The translations under genes and the position numbers were made by a program. Source: Calcarisporiella thermophila CBS 279.70 (Eukaryota; Fungi; Calcarisporiellomycota). From it: a stretch of DNA of 64,000 bases. The first letter of the stretch is position 1, and each line of letters opens with the position of its first letter. The stretch lies in the NCBI RefSeq assembly GCF_041956535.1, contig NW_027192213.1:53111-117110 (forward strand), given 5' to 3'. Below the pieces are notes generated by a model. The model was given only the letters and a program-made list of their open reading frames with translations, made no database searches and was not told the DNA's origin. Of the stretch, positions 51,684-61,680 are shown piece after piece.

Positions 51684-53998
51684 CAATAATCCCCCTCTAG
51701 CTATATGATCAGAAAGAGTAGCTAAGAAAGAATAGCTATGGAAATGGAAAAGTGCGGATTTCAAAGGCTCCAAATTGATATCACATGTCGGGGATATAAG
51801 GGGGTCAATTTCAGCAGGTTGAGTTGACGTCCCTTCTCTCCCTCTTATGCCCTCCCTCCCTCCCTCTCCACCCACCAACTCGCCACGTTGCAGTATGTCC
51901 ATACGATAGCAAGGAAACTGGATTGCGGATCGGGTGGAGGCGGGAGAAATGAATGAGGGAACGTGGAGTTGAATGAATGCGCATATATGCATCTGTATAT
52001 AGATACATTTGTGCTGCAGAAATTCATTCCCCCTCGTATGCACCTCTTCCTCACAGACAGGTTTACGCGTTTTCAGATTACTCATCCTCCAGCCCTGAGA
52101 AGTGAAGGAAACCATAGCCCGTGGTCGCGGGATGCCAAGCGCGCGGTATGAATGCCCTCTTATTGGGGCCAATCGCCTATTATTTTGCCGGTTGCACATA
52201 CCTTGGAGCACAATGAATTTAGACGCGGGCAGTGCTGAGAAGAGAGAGCGGGGGGGGGGGGAGGGGGACGCCATGGCAAATTGCCTCTTAGTTTTATCCA
52301 TCTTTCACCCGCTTCCTTGCTTGTGTGGCTATGCCCTGGGTGAGATGCCAATGTCAGTCAGAGTCAAATGCAGCCTTGGCTGGGCCTCTCTCTTGTTAAA
52401 GTTTTCCAGCTCCTCCCCATCCTCCTCCTCCGCCACCCCCCCATCCCGTAATGCTCCCTCGTCTGATTAGACCAGAACAACTGACAGCCTGGCGTCCGAA
52501 AGTATAAGTATTTTGCAGCATACCGGTTAGCAGGAAAAGTAAAAGCAAACAATAGTACGGGTAACTTTAGCGTCGCCATGTGGAGGGAGAGGAGGGGAGG
52601 AGGGCGGGGAGCGCGAAAGCAGTATAGTTTAATGAAACAAAGGCAAGGTCAGAGTTATTGAAAACAGGTTCGCATTGTTGATTCGGAGATTTGATCCACC
52701 CAATATACACAAAATGAGTCGACAAGCACGGCATTTGCTGGCAAACTTAACCTTTCTGCCAGCAAAATGCCGGCCACCCGAGAGCACTGAGTAGGACTGC
52801 CAGGCCCTGTGCAAGAGTCATTTCGTCGCTCTCCCCTTCCGATTTCGGTTTCTCCTTCATGTATGAAGACGGGGCGAGGGGATTGGCGGCAGATTCGGAG
52901 CAGCGTCGATAGGATGTCGCACATGCCCGGGCATCTTCCCGCGCCCAGACCTGTGCCCAGGTAGGGGATTGGAGGGGGGGGGGGGAGCCCTTGCTCCTCT
53001 TGTCGCTTACGTATCCTCTGCTATTCTTGTCCATGAGTCTCTTTCGCTCTCCCTTCACCATAAAGGGGCCCTCAGTCCAATGGAGGTGCTCGCTGCCGGA
53101 CAGCGTTGTCAAAATGTGGCAGGGTGGGACTTTGTCGCGAACCTTGTGGTAGCGCAATCTACCACGGTGGTGCAGAGCTAGCTTCATTTGTCCATACCAA
53201 TCACCTAGGGGAGCTTGCTGGGGCAAGGAGGGAAGAGAGGGAGGAGGTGATACCAATTTAGGAGCTGCAGTAATCATGTATGCAAGGTTACTCTTTTGGA
53301 TTTATCCCGGCGCTGGTTGTGTCCTCCTCCCCGACGGTGGCCCAGCAGCTTCGCTTGCCAATAGTGGCGGTCGAGCAGCATTTGGTTTAGGGAGGGGGGG
53401 ACGCGGGCATCATAGGCCAGGAGCTCGCCCCTCTGCCCAGGGAGCGGGCCCTCCATCGGCCTTTGGCGGAGTCGGGATGCGGCTGCTTGCTACCCTCATC
53501 GTCCTGTGGGAGGGACTGCCAACTGGGACTGCCCGGGACGGCCGCAAGCAAGGCGAGCAGGGCACCGTGGCCACTTGCATTTCCTAATTCTTCCACGACT
53601 CGATTAGAGTTTTCCACCATTTCCGAGGAAGCAAGCCAAGAGAGGGATATGAAAAATGGGGGAGCGGTGACTGTGAAATGGGGAGGGGAGGCACCAAAAT
53701 GTTCTCAGACACCGCTGTGGAGCAGGGGGCAACGGCTCAATGCGGGCGAGTGAGAAAAAGCTTTTACAAATCATGATTACACAGATAAAAACCGTAATCA
53801 GACTCCAAGGTTGGTTGCAACTGTGGATGAAGCGAATAGAATTTAATACCAAAACCTTCTTCAGAAAAGAAAGAAATAGCTTTTGCGTGACGGGGTTACC
53901 CGCATGCAACACAGAGGAGAGAGAGAGAGAGAAAAAATAACTTTCGACGCGCGCACAAACCATTCCTTCTTCCCCCTCTGCTTGCCCTCGCCTTTGTT

Positions 53999-54885
53999 TA
54001 TAAAGATACGCGTGTTTTCGCCTGCGAGCCAGCTCTTTTTTCTCTTTCCTGTTTTCACCCGCGTGTTTTCTCGCCCGTTTTCTCGCGAGTTCTCCTCTCC
54101 CACCCTCAGCCCTCCAAGCCCCAAGTCCTCAGCATCCCCTCCCCTGCGGCCTCCCGCGCCCCCCGCCTCTCTCCTCTTAGCACTTAGGCTTCCGCTGGCA
54201 CTTGCTGATAACAAAGGTAACCCCTTCGATTTCCCTCCTCTCTTTGCAGGGCAGAGTCGGGCCAAGGGGGGAAATGAGCGCAGCGCACAGAAAATGAAGG
54301 GCGGCTGAGTCGTGGAAGATCTCCCTCGACCTGAACAGATTCAGAGCCATGTTTCAGCGGGGGCCGAGGCTGGTTGGTGCGCTCTTTCAAAAGAAACCGG
54401 TCAAGGATTTCCCTTCCTGTTGTAGGGCTCGAGATCCCTCCCCCCCTCTTCTTATCCGATATGCAGAGGAAAGGAGAAAAAGCGATTGCGAGACTCACAC
54501 CGGACCAGCTGCAACTCATTTCCCCTTTTCCGCTCTTGCTGCATGAAACCAATCGAACTTTAATCACAAACTTGTTCGCGACCCACTAGCTAACTTTTGA
54601 CGCGTTCTTATTTTTTTTCATGTCGTGCTAATGAACAGGCAGGGATCTGGTGCATTGCTGTTGATTAAACTAACAGGTGAGTTTATATTCCACAGCCTTT
54701 CGTTGTCCCCTCTCCCCCCGCTCGTCCGTAGCTCTCCCCTCTCCCCCCCCCCTCCCTCTCTCCTCTCCGCCCGATCGAATTCTAATCGAATGCTTGGCTT
54801 TCCTTGAATGCTAGGGCCCCTCCATCCCTCTTCCTCCCTCCCCCCGCACCCTGAATAAGAGACAAAGAAGAAGAATGCTAATACC
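53999..54885 (+). promoter_or_regulatory. TATA box and spliced 5' leader of the WOPR gene (two UTR introns, upstream ATG)
   Basis: TATAAA 53999; AAG|GTAACC 54217...CTAAT-GAACAG 54638; CAG|GTGAGT 54677...CTAAT...TAG 54814; upstream ATG at 54875. Confidence 0.55.
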
Positions 54886-56292
54886 ATGTCCGCCATCACC
54901 GAGACCTTCCACGGCTATATCGAAACCACCCACGACACCCTCCTCATCTACGAGGCTTGCCACCGCCAGATGCTCCCCCGGGTCACCCGCCGGCTGCAGG
55001 AGAAGGAGCGAGCAGTGATCCGCTCGGGATCGGTGTTTGTCTTTGATGAGCGCGAATCGGGAATCAAGCGATGGACGGATGGGCGCGTGTGGAGCCCCTC
55101 GCGCATCCTCGGCAACTTCTTGATATACCGCGAGCTGGACAAGCGCGGTCCGTGCGCCCGCCGCGATCTCATCACCAGCCCCGAGCGCGTCCCGCCCCCC
55201 CTCTCCAACGACCCCGAGGCCCGTGCGGAGAGGGAGAAGGAGCGATCGCTGGTCGGGAGCCTGACCAACTCCTACCTGTTCAAGAAGAGCGGCCTCATCA
55301 AGAAAACGATGAGCGTGGTGGTGCACGGGGTCAGCCAGCACCTTATCTCGTACTACACCATCGAGGACGTCAAGTCTGGCCGGCTCCGGCGCCCGAGCAG
55401 CGTGCCGGAGCTCGCCGGGCTGGAGATCTCTCCCCTCTTCCTGCTCAAGCAAAACTTCCGCGTGCCCCCCCTCATCGACGCCGCCCACCCCATGGCCGCA
55501 GGCGAGCCCAGATCCCCGACGGGCGCGGCCTACGGCTACGCGTGCGGCGGCGAGTTCGGCGGAGGTCACGGCGCCATGACCACCTCGCCCACCGCGCGCG
55601 AGGGCGGGTGGGGCATGCTGACCCCGGAGCATCAAGTCTACGGTTCGCCCGAAGTGGCCCATGGTCCTGGCGCCCATGGTGCCGCCGCCGCCGGCGAGCT
55701 CGACACCCCCACCCGCATGGGTCTAGTCCGCGCCTACGGCGAGTCTCCTGCCGAAGCCTACTTCCCGGGTAACCCGCCTCCAGGCGACGACAGCCTCCGG
55801 CAATCCCGGCACGGTGCCTTCACGAGCTATGTCCCTCCCCCGCTCTACTCCGCCACGGGGTCCTCCGCGAGCCTCTCCTACGGAGGGTATAATAGAAGTG
55901 TCGGCGGCGGATACAGCCCTCCTATGCTGCAGCCCTCGGTTTCCCCGTCATCGCACCCGCCCTCCCAGTCGCAGCCTCAGGGCTACTCGTCCCCCTTTAG
56001 TGTACACCCCACGACCGCCATGTCGAACAACATGTATGCCGTATGGCCCGAGTCGCCACGTCATCGCGCGCAACAGCTCCCGCCCCCGTCCCTACCCCCC
56101 CCTCTCACCTCGCACCAACTTCCCTTTCAGCAGCAACATCCACCACAACCACCACAGCAGCAACAGCAACAGCAGCAAGCCCAGCAGCACATTCAACAGC
56201 AAAGATATCCTCAGGGAGGAATGCTATATTCGCAGCAGGGAGAAAATGGGATGTCTGTGTATACCTCATCACATTATCCAGAGGGTTCATAA
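54886..56292 (+). CDS. Gti1/Pac2 (WOPR) family transcription factor
   Basis: 'TFHGYIETTHDTLLIYEAC', 'IRSGSVFVFDERESGIKRWTDGRVWSPSRILGNFLIYRE', 'GLIKKTMS..QHLISYY'; Q/P-rich tail. Confidence 0.96.
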   Translation: MSAITETFHGYIETTHDTLLIYEACHRQMLPRVTRRLQEKERAVIRSGSVFVFDERESGIKRWTDGRVWSPSRILGNFLIYRELDKRGPCARRDLITSPERVPPPLSNDPEARAEREKERSLVGSLTNSYLFKKSGLIKKTMSVVVHGVSQHLISYYTIEDVKSGRLRRPSSVPELAGLEISPLFLLKQNFRVPPLIDAAHPMAAGEPRSPTGAAYGYACGGEFGGGHGAMTTSPTAREGGWGMLTPEHQVYGSPEVAHGPGAHGAAAAGELDTPTRMGLVRAYGESPAEAYFPGNPPPGDDSLRQSRHGAFTSYVPPPLYSATGSSASLSYGGYNRSVGGGYSPPMLQPSVSPSSHPPSQSQPQGYSSPFSVHPTTAMSNNMYAVWPESPRHRAQQLPPPSLPPPLTSHQLPFQQQHPPQPPQQQQQQQQAQQHIQQQRYPQGGMLYSQQGENGMSVYTSSHYPEGS

Positions 56293-56814
56293 AAAAAAAT
56301 TCTTTTATAGGTCTTGTTTGTATTTGCTTTCTTTTTCGCTTTATTTCTTTTTTTCTTCTTCTTCTTTATTCTTCCACCTTTGCTTTCATCTTCTTTTTAT
56401 TGAATGTATTATTTTCTTCTTTCATCATTTGGAATCGTTTTGTTCTTCTTCTCTTTTTCCTTTTAAATATTGCGCGTTTGTTTGGTTTGTTTTCTCTCTC
56501 TCTCCCCCTTACTTTGTCCATTTGTGCTTGTATTATTGAGCTCAATGCTGCTTATGTTAAAAAAAAAGAAAAGAGTTTTATTGAGTGTTACCTAGCACAA
56601 AGCAAATCCGCGCGCCCGGGGTTCCGACACCCAACGTAACTCTACCTTTACATAACGGAAAGCTTAACTGGAACCTCCGCCGGAAATGGTTAACGTTGGT
56701 GAGATCGAGGATTAAGTTTAGGCCAGGTCGTACTGCTCTTCTCAGTAGAATTTTTCCGACTCGTTCACGCCTAAGATAAGATCCATTAGCTAAGCCTTCG
56801 AGGGGGGGTGGGTC

Positions 56815-57379
56815 TCAGTCACCCTGCGTCAACCTACCCTCGCGCCATTTGGGCAGGCTCTTGTCGAGCGAGATGAGGCTTTTCAACTGACTCGAGCCTG
56901 AGTCGTAAAACACGGCCCGCCCAACGGGCAGCTTGTCGGGGTCGTCCAGGGTGGCCACCGTGACGCCGTATAGCTCGGGCGAGGCCATCTCCTCCCATAC
57001 GTAGATCTGGCAGCCGCAGTCGGGGCAGAAATGACGATGCACCCCCGGCGAGGAAGTGTAACGCTTGGTTGCATCCTCGGGGATGAATTGAACCCGAGAA
57101 ACAGGCGCATTGAAAAACGTGGCGAGGAGCGCACCCGCGGACTTGCGGCACATGGTGCAAAGACAGTACACCGAGTTAGAGGGCTCGTGCTGGTTGAAGT
57201 CGGGGGGGAGGACTGCGCGGTATCGAATCTGGAGGGGGGGAGGCGTCAGATGTTCCGAGAAATGGAGCTTTGTCATTTCACTCATCATTCAACGCCAACC
57301 CATCGCTCATGTTTACCTTTTTGCAGAGACATCCGCCCTCGACCACGATGTCATTAGTAGTGGCAACAGTAGTACTCAT
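56815..57379 (-). CDS. GFA/CENP-V (Mss4-like) zinc-binding protein
   Basis: 'VEGGCLCKK|IRY', 'CLCTMCRKSAG', 'YTSSPGVHRHFCPDCG'; one intron. Confidence 0.92.
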
Positions 57380-58298
57380 CTTGGTTCTCAGCAATGACAG
57401 GCAGGCAGGCTAGCGTGGGATTCCTTCCTCGAATGACCTCGTTATATAGGTTGATATGACTCACCCTACAAGGAAATGCGTCCAAAAGAGGAAACACGGC
57501 CTCGTCGAAGCTTTTTCCCAAATTCTCCTTGCTTGGTAAATATTTCCATTTTCATTTTGGTCCATATTAAAAGCGGGTAAGTGGCCTCATATTCTGGGAG
57601 ATGGGCGTCTGCATGCATCACCGGCACCGACTCTGCCTTCACCCTTCTGAAATCTCTACTCTCTCTTCCCCCGGCCCCCACTGCTTTTCAGGGCCACGAA
57701 TATATTAAAGAGCCGGCTTCTATGGAGCCTTGAGTATCTGCAATCCTCTCTAGTTTATGGGTCTATACCCGAAGGCTGCTTTACATCGTAGGATGAAGTG
57801 AGCACCCCTCCCGATGGCAGAGATATGAAATCAAATGGGCAGAGGAGTCTGTGCGAGTGGTCAAGACAATGCCAAAATAGCATTCTGGGATGAGAGCCCG
57901 CCTAGAAAGTTGACTGAAATTGATTAGGGTAGACGTGCCAGCTTCATTGTGCCATTTCATCTAACTCTTTGTCCTTTTTCATTGGACTCGTTCATACCGA
58001 AGCTTGTTCTACTGTGACCGAGTTAATCACAGATGGAGATTGACCTGTCACGCCTTTGAATGTATTAGGAGTTTTTTTTGTGGAAGTGGAACTCACAAAA
58101 TATTCCGATAGTTGCTGTGTTATATCCTCAAGCAGAGTTACATTTTATGTAGATATGAAGTCTCTCAAATATAAACGGATTGATTCTCCTCCATTGATTC
58201 TCTCAAAAAACATGCGCAAATACTTTAGCAAAATAGATAACATGAAAACAAGGCTGAGCCTGAGTCAGTAGGGGGAGTAGGCCGAGAACTAGGATCGA

Positions 58299-59151
58299 TC
58301 ATTTCTCGAAGTCAAGACAGCGAAAGGCGAAATCTCGCTGCCCGAGTCCAATATTCCGGAGGAAAACCGCTCCTAGCGGGAAGAAGCACACAAAAACAAG
58401 AATCAGAGGTAGCACGGACATCGCAACCGTGAACGTGGAGATGCTCATAAACAACTTGATTAAAGCAAAATAGAGGGTGCACCACAGCGTCCATTTGTCT
58501 TTGGCCACGATAGGATACAGGATTTCGTTGCGAGTTAGTGGCCGGTCACTAGGGAAAACCCGCGGATACCGCCGCTCCTTATGCGTGGGGGGGCGACCAA
58601 AGAAGAGCTCGAGCGTGACCAACTCGATCTGACCAAGCATCCTAAGGGATGGAGAAGGCAGAGAGGTAAGCATCCTGTGGACAAATATCCCCATCCTAAT
58701 CTCGTTTCTTCAGAGTGGCTCATGATTACCGATAAGAGTAAAATGAGAAGCTCAGCATAAGAAGCCCCACGGGGGGGATGATCAACAACAACACGCTCAT
58801 CATGAACGTTGTCCATACCCACATGAAGCCCAAACACGCTATTGGAAGAGAGACAAAAAGAATATACGCCAACGACAACCAAGTGATCGGATCGCACACG
58901 GCATTGAAGTTATTCACGTAGTCAGGCTCGTTATGCCGCTGGCCCCCCGAGGGATCCGATTGGAAAGGAGCGTGAGAGTTGGAGGGGGGTAGCTCGGATA
59001 CGTTGGAACGAGCCGCGTATACATAAGGTTGTGGATAGAGGTTTTTTTCAGGGGGTTCGAGCGGTATCGAAGTGGAGGGAGGGAACTGGGAACTTTCATA
59101 GGGTGGGGGAAGATCGCCATCATGGTTGTGATAAGAGCGGTGTTGGTCCAT
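58299..59151 (-). CDS. Small multi-TM membrane protein with PPxY motif and 'putative sensor' (PF13796-like) repeats
   Basis: 'LPPPYE'; 'DPITWLSLAYILFVSLP' and 'DKWTLWCTLYFALIKL..STF'; intron 58642-58729 joins the two ORFs in frame. Confidence 0.7.
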
Positions 59152-59540
59152 TCTAAACGAGAGAAGAGTCAATGAGAGTGAAAGGGGGGAGACAGAGTGG
59201 AGGGTGCTCTAGTTCTATTGTCCAAGATGAAGCGTTTCTTTCTATTTGCCAAGACTAATTTCTCTACTTAGAAACTCAAACAAGCTTTGATACTCCGCAT
59301 CCTTCTCTCACATTTCGGCCAAAGGAATTGGGCTAATTGGACTGCCGCTTCCAAGCACTATAATCGTGCTTATTCTTGAAAAGTCTGTCGCATCTAGTCA
59401 CCCTCAACGTTCGCTTGTTCATAGAACATCGAATTCAGTTCCTCGGCCTGGATCAGTGGGATCCAAGAGTATATGAACGAGGTGTGTATTTGCAAAATAG
59501 AAAAGATATTAAAAACAAACAATGCGAGTCATATAATAAA

Positions 59541-61488
59541 TTATGGGTTAGGCAATCGCCCCTCTATTCCCTTTAATTGTCCAGTTTTCAAAAATCCCTC
59601 CAAATAATTTTGCAAGCGCGTTTTCGCGGATACAGCGTCAGGGGGAATATTAGGCAGAATGTGCTCCACTATCACACGGATCACCTTATGCACCTGGCGG
59701 CCATAGGTTTGTAGGAGCACGGGTCCGGCAATCTCGAGAAAAATGTTGAGGAGTGCAGGTGTAATGGTGCGCGGCGGCATGTTGGAGATGCGGGCGAGCC
59801 AAATCCAGGCATGACGGATGGGGTATACATTCTGACATTCTAAAGTCGGATCTCATGTGAGGTACTTATGATCCTTATCTCATCATATCTTACAAGAAAC
59901 TTACCAGTTGGCGTTGTTTGAACAATGGCACTCCACAGAGCAAGCATCCCACACATACGTTCTGTGTACTGCACATCATTTTCCCACTCATCCTCGTCCT
60001 TTTTCTTATATCCGGCTAGTTTGAGAAAATCCTCAGCCGATTGGCCCTAGACAAATACGCATGAGCAAAGCGAGCTCCATGTACAGGAGAGTAACACCTA
60101 CCGGCTGTCGGTCGACAAAATGAGGAATAACATAAATGCATTTTTTGACAAATCGCGCCATCAAAATGTCAAGAAATTCGGAGTGCCTCGAGAAGAGGAG
60201 AACACATACAAGCGCCAATGGAAATGCGGTAGATGGCTTGACGGTCACCTCCGTCTCTGCTTGTTTCTAGTAGAACATAGATCCAATAAGAGAAGTATGA
60301 GCAATTGGCCGAAAAGGGTCTCAGACATACCACCACTGCTTTGGCCGTGAAATTGAGCATCCACAATCTCACCAAATCGTTTACTCTGCCGGCTTCATTG
60401 AAAAGGGTGTCCATATCGGTTGCCTAAAAACGGGAGTGAGCGTGCATCCAAAAGACTGCAACAAAAGAGCACGGCTTACTATCTTCAAAATTTGGGTTCT
60501 TGAATTGGTCAACTGTCCAACCATGCGAGTGATGTGACGTTTATTATTGAAGCAGTACGACTTCAATTGTGACTCGGCGGCCACCCTCTTTTGAATTTCT
60601 TCGTGGATGTACCGCAGCTTTTCACGGTACTTCTCGACCTCCTCTAAGGCAGTTGGAGATGCGCTCACCTGTAGAAATAAAAGGAATGCAATTGTGAGTC
60701 TTCGGTAAATCGCAAGTATCCGTTGGAGAGTCCTACCCCCAGCTTTTCCTTCTTCTCCATCTCCAGTTTTTTCTCCGCTTTCTCTTTCCTCTCCTTCTCT
60801 TCCCGCTCCTTCCTCTCCTTCTCCTCCTTCATCCTTCGCTCTTCAGCCTCACGCTGCTCCTTAGCAATTCGGGCCATTTCCTCTTGCTGCTTACGTGCAC
60901 GCTCAAGGGCATCCTGTCGAGCCTTGGCCTCTGCCTGCCGCCTTGCTTGGGTCTGTTGAATAGTTCCTTCGATTCTCTATTGGCAACGCAAAAAAAAAAT
61001 TGAAATTCTCGAGGTTAGTAAGTGAAACTGATATGATAGCGACCTGCCATAGTCTCTTATTTCGCTCTTCGAATTCTGCCTTAACTTTTTCGTCTTCTTG
61101 CTTCCTAATTCGTGAGATAAGTACTCATTAACGTTCCAAGTCTGCGATTGCTGAAAATGAGCAATGTTTTACTTTTCCAGCGTCCAGCGTTCCAACATCA
61201 ATCGAACACTCTCTGCTTCCCGATCGGCCTCTTCCTTTCTCTGCTTAAGTAATGCAGTGCTTGCATCTTTAGCTTTCTGAAGATGCGATTCCCATTCTGA
61301 GACTTTTTTCTGTGCTGCTTTCTAGATTTTATAGGCATCGATAGGTAGGATTAGTCAATCCCAAAAGTGAAAACCATTCATAATTCACTCTTTAAATAAC
61401 ATACCCAGCTCTCGTTTTTTATGCGTTCTGTGTAAAATTCCCAGGGATCGGCCTGGACCGCAATCTTGATTGGTTTGTCCGTTGGCAT
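59541..61488 (-). CDS. GLE1: mRNA export factor / nucleoporin Gle1 (5' end uncertain)
   Basis: Charged coiled coil; 'AFPLALVC...ARFVKKCIYVIP', 'YTERMCGMLALWSAIVQT', 'AWIWLARISNMPP', 'FLEIAG..YGRQVHK'. Confidence 0.9.
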
Positions 61489-61680
61489 TCCCCAAGAAAA
61501 CGAAAGCTTTAAAGCTTCTACCGCAAACTGTCAAGATAGAGAAAAATAGAGATAGAGCCTGGAAAAATTCCGAGCTTAAAAATAATTAAACATTTTTGTT
61601 ATTGATGAAGTCAAATCCGATTTTCTTCAAATTTTGTAACGTAAAATATTTGGGAATTAAATTTCTCGCCCATTGTACTA

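Noticed and set aside
37740-56639. Many long antisense or alternative-frame ORFs over UBP14, homeobox, M28 and WOPR genes and in GC-rich spacers
   Set aside because: Expected shadow ORFs of high-GC codon usage; no recognisable domains
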